From: a virus
IMG/VR virus record: IMGVR_UViG_3300023110_001943
Coordinates: 64,001-128,000 of that record
DNA length: 64,000 nucleotides
Direction: 5' to 3' (one strand)
Under the pieces are notes generated by a model. The model made no database searches, was not told the origin of the DNA, and worked only from the letters and a program-made list of their open reading frames with translations. Below are positions 1 to 8,908 of this stretch, piece after piece. The first letter of the stretch is position 1, and each line of letters begins with the position of its first letter. Made by a program: the position numbers and the translations under genes.

Positions 1-128
1 CACGAGAACCAAAACCACATCTACCAAAATTGAAATTGAGTAATGTGGATATTTTAAATGGTGAGTTTGATTATGAAATTTTACACTACCATTCTCACCC
101 AACAATTAAAGCACCTTTAAGTAATTAA
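1..128 (+). CDS. thyA: Thymidylate synthase, C-terminal fragment (gene starts before window)
   Basis: Frame from nt 3 reads REPKPHLPKLKL...YHSHPTIKAPLSN*, the typical ThyA C-terminus (REP..LP.L ... Y.SHP.IKAP). Confidence 0.85.
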   Translation, partial: REPKPHLPKLKLSNVDILNGEFDYEILHYHSHPTIKAPLSN

Positions 129-129
129 T

Positions 130-300
130 ATGGAACATTTAAGATTATACGAGTTAAAGATTAAAGAACTCGAAAAAGAAAATTTAGAATTAAGACAACA
201 ACTTGAAAAACAAGAGTTGATTAAACAAGGATATAAAGAAGAAGTTGCAAAATGGAATAAAAAGTATAAAGATTTAAAATCACAGATTCAAAATGGATAA
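130..300 (+). CDS. Small coiled-coil hypothetical protein (56 aa)
   Basis: Hand-translated MEHLRLYELKIKELEKENLELRQQLEKQ...; fills the gap after thyA and is below the ORF-track cutoff. Confidence 0.6.
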   Translation: MEHLRLYELKIKELEKENLELRQQLEKQELIKQGYKEEVAKWNKKYKDLKSQIQNG

Positions 301-409
301 GGAAGAAAAAATTCAAAAAATCTTAGAGTTAAAAATGGTTAAACCACAAACTCAAAAAATTAAAAAAGAAATTCAAAAATTACAACAAGAATTAGATGAG
401 AAAATTTAG
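293..409 (+). CDS. Small hypothetical protein (38 aa)
   Basis: MDKEEKIQKILELKMVKPQTQKIKKEIQKLQQELDEKI*; overlaps both neighbours in a translational-coupling pattern. Confidence 0.45.
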   Translation: MDKEEKIQKILELKMVKPQTQKIKKEIQKLQQELDEKI

Positions 410-578
410 AAGAAGTAAAACTGAAAGAAGTTTAGCTGGTATATGTGGTGGGTTAGGAAACTATACTGATTCAGACCCATTGTTATGGAGATTACTTTTT
501 ATACTCCTTTTCTTTATACCATCAGTGCCAATTTTTATTTTATATATTATAACAACTCTGATAACTAAATCAGAATAA
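396..578 (+). CDS. pspC: PspC-domain membrane protein
   Basis: RRSKTERSLAGICGGLGNY...D..LWRLLF followed by a TM helix matches the PspC signature. Confidence 0.85.
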   Translation: MRKFRRSKTERSLAGICGGLGNYTDSDPLLWRLLFILLFFIPSVPIFILYIITTLITKSE

Positions 579-1201
579 TGAAACGAGTTAAGATTGTAAT
601 TGGTTCTAACTATAATTTAGAGTTTTTACAGGAAGCATTAGAAGATAAAAATCTTTTAGTTTATTCATTTGAACCAAATCCTAAAATAGTAAAACAATGT
701 ATTACAAATAACATTATTCCAAATAATTACAACTTAATAGAAAAAGCGGTATCAAACAAAAAAGGAAAATTTAAGTTTAATATATCAAATGATTCTTATT
801 CTGTATTTTCAAGTTTAAATAAAATTAAAAGAAAAAATAATTTATTTTTTGAAAATATTTTTGTAGAAACAATTACAATGAAAGATTTTATTGAATTAGA
901 AAAAATAAAAGAAATAGAATATTTACACATCGATTCACAAGGAAGTGATTTGGATGTATTAAAGGGATTTGGTTCTAAAATAGATATAGTAAAAGAAGGT
1001 GTTTGTGAAAGTATGGCACCTGATTTAGATTGGACTTTATATGAAAATCAATCTTCATTTGAAGATTTTCAAGAATTCTTTTTTTCAAAAGGATTTGATA
1101 TATCTTACAAACCAAATACAGGTGGTATAGGAGAAAACGAAGTGAATATATTTTTTAAAAAAACAAAAGATAAACCAAAATTAATTAAAACAATCATATG
1201 A
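578..1201 (+). CDS. FkbM-family SAM-dependent methyltransferase
   Basis: SFEPNP, EKAVS, and IEYLHIDSQGSDLDVLKG (IDxQG motif). Confidence 0.8.
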   Translation: MKRVKIVIGSNYNLEFLQEALEDKNLLVYSFEPNPKIVKQCITNNIIPNNYNLIEKAVSNKKGKFKFNISNDSYSVFSSLNKIKRKNNLFFENIFVETITMKDFIELEKIKEIEYLHIDSQGSDLDVLKGFGSKIDIVKEGVCESMAPDLDWTLYENQSSFEDFQEFFFSKGFDISYKPNTGGIGENEVNIFFKKTKDKPKLIKTII

Positions 1202-2163
1202 TTAGAACAGCAGAATGTGTATCACCGATGCACCCAGATAAAATGTGTGATAGGATTTCAGACACACTTTTAGATTTATACTTAGAAGGAGACCCAAACT
1301 CACGATGTGCAATTGAAACCTGTGGGGGATTGGGAGAAGTTTATATAACAGGTGAAGTTACTTCTAATACAAATGTAACAAAGGATGAAATTATCAAAGC
1401 TGTACATCAAGTAACAAATGATAATACAATCAAAGTAATTATAAACTTAAATTCACAATCACCAGAGATTGCTCAAGGAGTTGATACTGGTGGAGCAGGA
1501 GACCAAGGAATTATGATTGGTTATGCTTGTAGAGATAACGAACAATTCTTACCTCAAGAATATTATCTATCAAGAGAACTAAATAAGTTCGTATTTGATA
1601 AGTATCCTTATGATGGTAAAACACAAGTAACAATGAATGGTAACTCATTAAGAGTTGTATGTTCATTTCAGAATGCACCAGCAGGTGAATTAGAAAAATT
1701 AGTAATGCAATACTTTGAAGATTTCCCTCAGTATCATATTGAATCATTACATTGTAATCCTGCAGGTGATTGGAACATTGGTGGGTTTACCGCCGATGCT
1801 GGGTTGACTGGTAGAAAGTTAGCAGTTGATAATTATGGCCCAAGAGTTCCACTTGGTGGTGGAGCATTTAGTGGTAAAGATTGTACTAAAGTTGATAGAA
1901 GTGCAGCTTATATGGCAAGAAGAATTGCAGTAGATATTTTAGAACAAAGACCAGAGGTACAAGAAGTTATGGTTCAACTTGCTTATGCAATTGGATATGA
2001 CCAACCACTTCAAGCAACTGCTATCGTCGATGGAGAACACGAATTTATCAAAGGATATGATTTATCACCAAAAGGAATTATTGATTTCTTAGATTTAAGA
2101 AAACCGGTATTTGGTGAAAGTGCTTCATTTGGACATATGGGTGCTGGGTTCTCATGGAAATAA
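1198..2163 (+). CDS. metK: S-adenosylmethionine synthetase
   Basis: HPDKMCD, GAGDQG, DAGLTGRK and GGGAFSGKD..KVDRSAAY motifs. Confidence 0.97.
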   Translation: MIRTAECVSPMHPDKMCDRISDTLLDLYLEGDPNSRCAIETCGGLGEVYITGEVTSNTNVTKDEIIKAVHQVTNDNTIKVIINLNSQSPEIAQGVDTGGAGDQGIMIGYACRDNEQFLPQEYYLSRELNKFVFDKYPYDGKTQVTMNGNSLRVVCSFQNAPAGELEKLVMQYFEDFPQYHIESLHCNPAGDWNIGGFTADAGLTGRKLAVDNYGPRVPLGGGAFSGKDCTKVDRSAAYMARRIAVDILEQRPEVQEVMVQLAYAIGYDQPLQATAIVDGEHEFIKGYDLSPKGIIDFLDLRKPVFGESASFGHMGAGFSWK

Positions 2164-2747
2164 AAGATGGAGGCATATTAATAATATCAGGACCTCGTAC
2201 AGGTTCAACTAATCTTTTAAAAAGTATTAGTTCTGCTTATAATAAAAAAGAAAGGTTCGAACCTGATATTGTTAAAAAATGGCCACCATATGATTCGAGT
2301 AGTGATGTAGTAAAGTTTGTGCCATTGTGGGCTCACCATCTTAGTAAGGATGGAGATTTACTTTCTAATCATACTCCGTTTTACAAAGGAGTTATAGATA
2401 GTACAAAAGAATTTAATACTGTAATTTTACTAAGTAGAAGAAACAGAGAAGAGCAACTTGAATCTTTATATGTACTTGGTAAGTATCAATATACAGTAAA
2501 TAAAAAGTGGGGAATCGAAAAAGAAATAGATAAAGAATCTCATTATTGGAAATATATTACAAATTGGATGAATCATTTGGATATTGTAATGAATAATTTA
2601 TCACAAGATTTAAATCTTCCAATCGATTATTACGAAGATGTTTATAAAAATAAATCATTAATAAATAAAAATATAAAACTTGATTTAGAATATTTCAAAC
2701 CAAAATATAAGTTGAGGCAAGAAATAAAACCAAAAAGACTTGTTTAA
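2154..2747 (+). CDS. Sulfotransferase-like P-loop protein
   Basis: IISGPRTGSTNL (PAPS 5'-phosphosulfate loop), ILLSRRN...QLES, and YYED. Confidence 0.6.
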   Translation: MEIKDGGILIISGPRTGSTNLLKSISSAYNKKERFEPDIVKKWPPYDSSSDVVKFVPLWAHHLSKDGDLLSNHTPFYKGVIDSTKEFNTVILLSRRNREEQLESLYVLGKYQYTVNKKWGIEKEIDKESHYWKYITNWMNHLDIVMNNLSQDLNLPIDYYEDVYKNKSLINKNIKLDLEYFKPKYKLRQEIKPKRLV

Positions 2748-2770
2748 TTAATAAAAAATTCGTATATTTG
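2739..2770 (+). promoter_or_regulatory. Bacteroidota-type host sigma promoter
   Basis: CTTG(2739-42)-N20-TATATTTG(2763-70) matches TTTG-N19-21-TAnnTTTG. Confidence 0.65.
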
Positions 2771-2774
2771 TATT

Positions 2775-3251
2775 ATGAAAAAATATAAAGTTATTTTAAT
2801 TAGTGGTGGATTTGACCCTGTTCATAAAGGCCACATAGAATGTATCCAAAATGCAAAAGAACTTTCAGATGAAGTTTGGATTGGACTCAACAATGATAGA
2901 TGGTTGAGAAATAAAAAAGGAAAATCATTTATGGATGAAAAAGAAAGAGCATTCGTAATGGATAATATAAAGGGAGTAGATTGGGTTTATATTATGAATC
3001 CCAAAATTCAAAACGATGAAACCGCTGTAGATTTCATTGATGCTGCCAGACACAAATACATGAGAGAACGAGGTACATGGGAAACTGGTATCATGGCTTT
3101 CGGTAATGGTGGTGATAGAGTTGCAGGTGGAGTTCCTGCAACAGAAGAAGATGTTTGTAAAGGATATGGAATCGATATGGTTTGGGGATTAGGAAATAAA
3201 GTTCAATCATCTTCTTGGTTACTTGAAAAATACCACAATACCGCAGTTTAA
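2775..3251 (+). CDS. Cytidylyl/adenylyltransferase (HxGH family)
   Basis: SGGFDPVHKGH, FGNGGDR, and KVQSSSW motifs. Confidence 0.88.
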   Translation: MKKYKVILISGGFDPVHKGHIECIQNAKELSDEVWIGLNNDRWLRNKKGKSFMDEKERAFVMDNIKGVDWVYIMNPKIQNDETAVDFIDAARHKYMRERGTWETGIMAFGNGGDRVAGGVPATEEDVCKGYGIDMVWGLGNKVQSSSWLLEKYHNTAV

Positions 3252-3271
3252 TTTAATACAATATAACCACT

Positions 3272-3511
3272 ATGAATATAAATGAATTAGTAGAAACCTA
3301 TCCAAATGATATGGAGTTGGGTTCTAAAGTTAGAGAATTATATTGGAAAGAAAGAAAACTTTCCGATGAGTTAAATGAAAAAATGAAAGATGCAAAAATT
3401 TATGAATCACCAGATGGGGGTAAAACAATTTACGAAAGACCATGGGGTGGTAATGTATCTGAAAGAAAGCTTGTAACAAACCAATTAAATTTATTCGATG
3501 AAATTAATTAA
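3272..3511 (+). CDS. Hypothetical phage protein
   Basis: Contains YPND.ELG and IYESPDGGKTIY motifs that I recall from small myophage proteins. Confidence 0.6.
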   Translation: MNINELVETYPNDMELGSKVRELYWKERKLSDELNEKMKDAKIYESPDGGKTIYERPWGGNVSERKLVTNQLNLFDEIN

Positions 3512-4115
3512 AGACCCAAATAAATTAAAAACTCCATTGGAATCAAAACCAATGACACAGGAAGAGATAAATTCTATATCTACAACTCTTTTACAAGAAC
3601 TAACAAGACATGGTGGTATTGGATTATCAGCAAATCAAATTGGGTTAGATGTTCGTGCTTGTGTAATTAATGTAAAAGAACCTTTGGTATTGATAAACCC
3701 AAGAGTAACTGAAGTATCTGATGATGTAGTTGCTTATGTAGAACAATGTTTATCAATTCCTAAATCAATGCGTAAACCTGTTAAAACCGTAAGACATAAA
3801 TCATTTACAGTAGAGTGTGATAACTTGGGAACAGTTATATTTTCACCAGATTCAGAAACAAATACATGGAAAGATTCTAATGAATTTTTTTCAGATGAAG
3901 GATTATTAGAGTGTGTTTGTGCTCAACACGAGATTGACCACTTAGATGGTATATTGATAACTGATTCACGAAGAAGATATTCTGCAACATATACTGCACC
4001 AAAAAAGTATGGTAGAAACGAAAGAGTAATGGTAAAATTATCCAACGGAACTACCGAATTTATGAAATACAAAAAAGCAGAACCTTTATTAAAGTTAGGT
4101 GCTGAAATCTTATAA
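3498..4115 (+). CDS. def: Peptide deformylase
   Basis: GIGLSANQIG, EQCLS and QHEIDHLDG, the three PDF motifs. Confidence 0.95.
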   Translation: MKLIKDPNKLKTPLESKPMTQEEINSISTTLLQELTRHGGIGLSANQIGLDVRACVINVKEPLVLINPRVTEVSDDVVAYVEQCLSIPKSMRKPVKTVRHKSFTVECDNLGTVIFSPDSETNTWKDSNEFFSDEGLLECVCAQHEIDHLDGILITDSRRRYSATYTAPKKYGRNERVMVKLSNGTTEFMKYKKAEPLLKLGAEIL

Positions 4116-4126
4116 TATTACGAAAA

Positions 4127-4390
4127 ATGGGAAAACTTATATTTAGATATACCGATGAAGAGTTCTTAAATATACAAAGAGAAGCTTCAAAAATAGAATT
4201 CGATGTACCGGATGATATGGATATGAATGAATTCAAAGTTATGTGTGTTAGATTAGCTTCAGCTATGGGTTATCATGAAAAATCTATAAAGAGAGCTTTT
4301 GGAGATTTAATTTTTGGAGATGATAATCCAAACACAATAAAGGAACTATTAGATGACCTCAATATCAAAGTTAGCAATAAAAAATCTTAA
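4127..4390 (+). CDS. Hypothetical protein
   Basis: 87-aa ORF in operon context. Confidence 0.6.
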   Translation: MGKLIFRYTDEEFLNIQREASKIEFDVPDDMDMNEFKVMCVRLASAMGYHEKSIKRAFGDLIFGDDNPNTIKELLDDLNIKVSNKKS

Positions 4391-4610
4391 CGATAGAATT
4401 CTTACTCAGAACATAATCATGCAAACTCTTATGGATATTATTCTTGAGAATGGATTGGTTACGGAAAAAGAATTAGAATTAAGAATACAAAAAAATATAG
4501 AAGGGTTAGAAAATACCCTTACTCGATTACGAGAAGATTCCTCTGAAGAATCAAAAATCACAGAAGAGGAACTGAACGGTCTTTACTTCGGGCCGGTTGG
4601 AGAAGCATAA
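4353..4610 (+). CDS. Hypothetical protein
   Basis: 85-aa acidic, helical ORF in operon context. Confidence 0.55.
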   Translation: MTSISKLAIKNLNDRILTQNIIMQTLMDIILENGLVTEKELELRIQKNIEGLENTLTRLREDSSEESKITEEELNGLYFGPVGEA

Positions 4611-4627
4611 AAGTTTTTATCAATTTA

Positions 4628-4659
4628 TTAGGAATATTCGAAAATTTTTCGTATATTTG
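4628..4659 (+). promoter_or_regulatory. Bacteroidota-type host sigma promoter
   Basis: TTAG-N20-TATATTTG(4652-59); shares the TTCGTATATTTGT context with the sites near 2763 and 29928. Confidence 0.6.
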
Positions 4660-4694
4660 TAAGAGAAGTATGTTTAAAAAAAGGAGTAATCCCG

Positions 4695-5279
4695 ATGAAA
4701 AAACAGATATTAATAATAATCATAACAATGATTACATCATTAAGTTTAGTTAGTTTTACACATAACTACTTAAAGGCAAACACAACAAAGGTTTCTAAAA
4801 TAGAAACAAAACCAATTAAAACAGTTAAAGTTGAAATAAAACCTATTGAAATAGAAATAAATCAACACGATATGTTTCTTGATGCAATAGGACACCGAGA
4901 ATCATCAAACCGATACGATGTAGTAAATGGTTGGGGTTATATGGGAAAATACCAATTCGGTAGAAGAACTCTAAAGGCATTAGGTTATGATGTTTCAAAA
5001 AAAGAGTTTCTTAATTCACCTTACTTACAAGAACAGGCAATGTTAGATTTACTTAATCATAATAAAAAAATACTCAACAATTATATTGAATATTGGGATG
5101 GTAAGAAAATCAATGGTAACGTAATTACTGAAAGTGGAATATTAGCTGCAGCACACTTAGCAGGGCCTGGTAATGTTAAACGATTCTTAAAAAAAGGAGA
5201 AGAGTTTAAAGATGGTAATGGTACAAAGTTAACTTCATACCTTACCGAATTTAGTGGATATAAATTAAATTTAGATTAA
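4695..5279 (+). CDS. Signal-anchored lysozyme/transglycosylase-like protein
   Basis: N-terminal hydrophobic helix; AIGHRESS.RY (catalytic Glu), MGKYQF, and ILAAAHLAGPG. Confidence 0.8.
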   Translation: MKKQILIIIITMITSLSLVSFTHNYLKANTTKVSKIETKPIKTVKVEIKPIEIEINQHDMFLDAIGHRESSNRYDVVNGWGYMGKYQFGRRTLKALGYDVSKKEFLNSPYLQEQAMLDLLNHNKKILNNYIEYWDGKKINGNVITESGILAAAHLAGPGNVKRFLKKGEEFKDGNGTKLTSYLTEFSGYKLNLD

Positions 5280-5280
5280 T

Positions 5281-5556
5281 ATGTTAGAAATATTTACTAC
5301 CTACAACATCATTGTGGGTATCTCAGTAATACTTAATATTATTTTACTGATTGGTGTTAGAAACTTACTACGCCAAAATGAACAACTTGAAGATAGATTA
5401 GTTAATACTAATTTATCAGTTCAAGATAAAGTACAGAATGCATTAAATGAAATGCGAAAGATAGATACAAGACAGGCATTTGAAAAAGATGATGAGGTTG
5501 GAGTTACATTTGATGGGTTAAAAAAAATAGTAGAGGACTTAAATAACGAATTATAA
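5281..5556 (+). CDS. Single-TM coiled-coil membrane protein (possible lysis accessory)
   Basis: TM helix IIVGISVILNIILLIGV then a coiled coil; directly follows the lysozyme gene. Confidence 0.55.
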   Translation: MLEIFTTYNIIVGISVILNIILLIGVRNLLRQNEQLEDRLVNTNLSVQDKVQNALNEMRKIDTRQAFEKDDEVGVTFDGLKKIVEDLNNEL

Positions 5557-5560
5557 AAAT

Positions 5561-6289
5561 ATGCCAAGACCAAGAAGAAAAAAATCCAAAATATATTTTG
5601 GTACTCCTGCACAAGAAGCAATTATAGAATATAACAACTCTAAAGACCCCGCAGAAAGGTCTAAAATTTACGAAGAAAGAATTAAATATCCATTCGAAAA
5701 ACTTGCAGAAAATGTTTTAAATACATTTAAGTTTACTTACTTTGATGTTCCAAAAAAAGATATCCAAATGGAAGTAGTTTCTACGATGGTAGAAAAAATG
5801 CATATGTTTAAAGAAGGTAAGGGTAGGGCATTTTCTTACTTTACTATTATTGCAAAGAACCATTTAATTTTAAAGAACAATGGTAATTACAAAAGATGGA
5901 AACAAAACGCGTTACTATCACAAATGCCAGAAACTTGGAATCCTGAAAATGATTTTTATGAAGTAGAAGAAAATACTGAGTTTAAAGAATTTAAAGATAT
6001 TATGTTGGAGTATTGGGATAGAAATCTAACAATAATTTTTAATAAAAAAAGAGATATACAAATCGCAGATGCAGTATTAGAATTATTCAGAAGGTCAGAA
6101 CATATAGAAAACTTTAATAAAAAACATTTATATCTACTTATAAGAGAAATGACCGATTGTAAAACTCATTATATTACCAAAGTTGTAAATGTAATGAAAC
6201 AACATCAGAAAAAAATGTTAAATGAATATTTAGAAACAGGTCAGTTTAATGATATTCAACAAGAATTTTGGGATAACGAAAATTATTAA
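5561..6289 (+). CDS. Phage RNA polymerase sigma factor (T4 gp55-like late sigma)
   Basis: FKEGKGRAFSYFTIIAKN resembles sigma region 2.3-2.4; size and position fit a late sigma. Confidence 0.7.
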   Translation: MPRPRRKKSKIYFGTPAQEAIIEYNNSKDPAERSKIYEERIKYPFEKLAENVLNTFKFTYFDVPKKDIQMEVVSTMVEKMHMFKEGKGRAFSYFTIIAKNHLILKNNGNYKRWKQNALLSQMPETWNPENDFYEVEENTEFKEFKDIMLEYWDRNLTIIFNKKRDIQIADAVLELFRRSEHIENFNKKHLYLLIREMTDCKTHYITKVVNVMKQHQKKMLNEYLETGQFNDIQQEFWDNENY

Positions 6290-6298
6290 AAAAAAAGA

Positions 6299-8002
6299 AT
6301 GGGTTATATTTTAGGAATATCATGTGGTTATCACGATAGTGCAGCCGCACTAATTAAAGATGGTAAAGTTTTGGGTGCAGTTGAAGAGGAAAGATTTACT
6401 GGCATAAAACACGATTCTTCATTTCCAATAGAAACTATTAAATGGTTGTACTCTGAATTTAAAGTACAAAAGGATGATATTGATGCAATTTGTTTTTACG
6501 AAAATCCTTCTTTAAAATTAGATAGAATAGAAAACTCTACAAAACGAGGTGGGTTATTAAATTATTTTAAAAGAAATAAAATAATATCTCGTAATAAAAA
6601 AGAATACGAAAAATTATCTACTACACTAAACTCAATTATAGGAGAAAATACTAAAGTAATTTATGGTGACCATCACCTTTCTCATGTTGCATATTCATAC
6701 TACACTTCTCCATTTAATAAAGCAACAATTCTTTCAGTAGATGGTGTTGGAGAGTGGGAAACAACTTCAATGTATTATGGTGAAAAAAATACACTTACAA
6801 AGTTAGGAAGTGTAAACTTTCCACATTCATTAGGAATGTTATATTCAGCCTTTACTGCTTTCTTAGGTTTCAAACCAAATGAAGGTGAGTATAAGATAAT
6901 GGGATTAGCTCCTTATGGTGATTCTACAAAATACAAAAAAGAATTTGAAGAATTAATTTCTAAAACAAATGATTCATATGAAATCAATATGGATTATTTT
7001 GTTTATGATTATTCAGATGAAATAATGTTTAATGAAAAACTTGGTAAGTTATTTGGAATTCCTAATAGATTACCAGAAGATGAATTAACACAAGAACATA
7101 AAGATATTGCAGCAGGATTACAATCTGCATATGAGAAAATATTTTTTCATTTGTTAAATAAATTATATGTAAAAAAATCAACTCACAATCTTTGTTTAAG
7201 TGGTGGGTGTGCGTACAATGGAACTGCAAATGGAAAAATTATAAAAGAAACAAACTACAAAAAAGTTTACATTCCACCTGCACCATCTGATGCCGGTTCT
7301 GCTATTGGAGCAGCATTACATTATTATTATAATGAAAATTCCAATTCAAATAGAGTAACCAATAACAATCCTTATCTTGGTCCTTACTATTCCAATGAAG
7401 ATGTAGAGAAGGCGTTGGAAGAACTAAAGGTAGATGTGTGGTATGAAAAGAAAAATCATTCTGAAATTATAGAAATTGTAGCAAAAGAAATCACAGAAGG
7501 AAATGTAATAGGTTGGTTCGAAGGAAGAATGGAATTTGGTGCAAGAGCATTAGGAAACCGAAGTATTTTTGCAAATCCATGTGACCCTCAAATGAAGGCA
7601 AGAGTAAATAGAGTAATTAAGAAGAGAGAAGGGTTTAGACCTTTTGCACCTATTGTTAAATTAGAAGAACAATCTAAGTACTTTGATTATCCACATGATG
7701 TTCCTTATATGAATCAGGTGGTTCAAGTAAAAGAAGAACATAGAAAGAATTTACCAGCCATTACTCATGTTGATGGTTCTGCAAGAATACAATCACTAAC
7801 TCAAAGACAACAACCACAAGTTTATAAACTATTAAGAAAACTTCATGAGTTAAATGGATATCCAATTGTATTAAATACTTCATTTAACCTTAAAGACCAA
7901 ACAATGGTATTAGACCCTAAGACTGCTATCCAAACATTTTTGAATTGTGAAATGGATACTCTTGTGATTCATAACTATATTATCAAGAAAAAAGTACTTT
8001 AA
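6299..8002 (+). CDS. O-carbamoyltransferase (NodU/CmcH/TobZ family)
   Basis: YHDSAAAL, EEERF, HHLSH, DGVGE, EFGARALGNRSI, KKREGFRPFAP and LNTSFN motifs. Confidence 0.95.
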   Translation: MGYILGISCGYHDSAAALIKDGKVLGAVEEERFTGIKHDSSFPIETIKWLYSEFKVQKDDIDAICFYENPSLKLDRIENSTKRGGLLNYFKRNKIISRNKKEYEKLSTTLNSIIGENTKVIYGDHHLSHVAYSYYTSPFNKATILSVDGVGEWETTSMYYGEKNTLTKLGSVNFPHSLGMLYSAFTAFLGFKPNEGEYKIMGLAPYGDSTKYKKEFEELISKTNDSYEINMDYFVYDYSDEIMFNEKLGKLFGIPNRLPEDELTQEHKDIAAGLQSAYEKIFFHLLNKLYVKKSTHNLCLSGGCAYNGTANGKIIKETNYKKVYIPPAPSDAGSAIGAALHYYYNENSNSNRVTNNNPYLGPYYSNEDVEKALEELKVDVWYEKKNHSEIIEIVAKEITEGNVIGWFEGRMEFGARALGNRSIFANPCDPQMKARVNRVIKKREGFRPFAPIVKLEEQSKYFDYPHDVPYMNQVVQVKEEHRKNLPAITHVDGSARIQSLTQRQQPQVYKLLRKLHELNGYPIVLNTSFNLKDQTMVLDPKTAIQTFLNCEMDTLVIHNYIIKKKVL

Positions 8003-8003
8003 T

Positions 8004-8031
8004 TTTACAATTTCTTAACAATTTCTTAACA
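8004..8031 (+). promoter_or_regulatory. Three 11-bp-periodic TT(T/A)ACA direct repeats (Pho-box/OmpR-family-like operator)
   Basis: TTTACA-ATTTC-TTAACA-ATTTC-TTAACA, intergenic and 4 nt upstream of a TATATTTATA motif. Confidence 0.5.
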
Positions 8032-8035
8032 TAGG

Positions 8036-8045
8036 TATATTTATA
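8036..8045 (+). promoter_or_regulatory. Putative late promoter TATATTTATA
   Basis: Recurrent intergenic motif, 14 nt before the ATG at 8060. Confidence 0.55.
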
Positions 8046-8059
8046 CTAAAGGAGGAATT

Positions 8060-8431
8060 ATGAATGAACAATTATTCAAAGTAAAGATTGTTCAAATAAT
8101 AGCAATCCTATTATTTTCTCTGTGTACCATTCCGCTCTTTGGACAAACTTCCAAAGTTATTACACAGATAGATGACAATCTTTACCAGTATAGAGCTTAC
8201 AACGAAGATGGTAAGATTCAACAAAAAGGTTACTACAAGAAAATCGATGGTAACTACGAAGAACATTGGTATTGGAGAGATTATGCTGGTACAGTAGCAT
8301 ATTTCGAAAATGGAAAAATGTTATGGATTAAACCTAAAGGTCATAAGAAATATACTTATGAAGAGATAGAGTACCATAGAATGAAATCAGAAATAGAAAG
8401 ATTAAAGGCTATTGTAGCTCTTAAAGATTAA
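8060..8431 (+). CDS. Secreted protein with MORN/YwqK-like beta hairpins
   Basis: Signal peptide ending LFG-Q; YNEDGKIQQKGYY and YFENGK hairpins; GGAGG upstream. Confidence 0.6.
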   Translation: MNEQLFKVKIVQIIAILLFSLCTIPLFGQTSKVITQIDDNLYQYRAYNEDGKIQQKGYYKKIDGNYEEHWYWRDYAGTVAYFENGKMLWIKPKGHKKYTYEEIEYHRMKSEIERLKAIVALKD

Positions 8432-8465
8432 AATCACTTGGTCGTAGAATAAAGTGGCTAAGAAC

Positions 8466-8496
8466 AAAAACCCAACTCAAAAAGTTGGGTTTTTTT
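8466..8496 (+). terminator. Intrinsic terminator (possibly bidirectional)
   Basis: AAAAACCCAACT-CAAAA-AGTTGGGTTTTTTT. Confidence 0.85.
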
Positions 8497-8500
8497 ATTG

Positions 8501-8529
8501 ACACCCAATATTGTTTACCCATTGGGTGT
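8501..8529. repeat. Perfect 9-bp inverted repeat
   Basis: ACACCCAAT-N11-ATTGGGTGT. Confidence 0.7.
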
Positions 8530-8641
8530 GAAAATCAAAACTTAACTTTTTATTTCATATATACAATAGTTATTTATTGGATATCCGCTGTTTTGGAATA
8601 TGAAAAAGTTATTTTTCTTAAAATAAACAAAGGAGAACAAT

Positions 8642-8872
8642 ATGGATTTTTTAAAGAAAATTGGCTCATGGGCCGATGAATTAACAAAAATCGGTATTAG
8701 TATCATCGCTCTTGGAGTAGTACTTGAAGTATTATTCAAAGGTGCAAACATTCCTTTCTGGCCAAATGTATCAGTAGTTGATAACATCATGGGTATATTG
8801 GGAAGTTTGAGTGCTGAAGGTCTATTAGGACTGGTTGGTGCTTTTGTACTTTACCACATTATTAAGAAGTAA
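8642..8872 (+). CDS. Small two-TM membrane protein
   Basis: 76 aa with two hydrophobic helices; AAGGAG upstream; flanked by terminators. Confidence 0.75.
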   Translation: MDFLKKIGSWADELTKIGISIIALGVVLEVLFKGANIPFWPNVSVVDNIMGILGSLSAEGLLGLVGAFVLYHIIKK

Positions 8873-8908
8873 ATTTTAAACTTAATAATTTCAGAACGCG
8901 TTAAGAAC

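Noticed and set aside
8498-8526. Sigma70 promoter based on TTGACA at 8498
   Set aside because: There is no -10 element at 16-18 nt spacing.
8485-8679. 64-aa + strand ORF
   Set aside because: It starts at a TTG inside a terminator stem and overlaps the better-supported 8642 gene.
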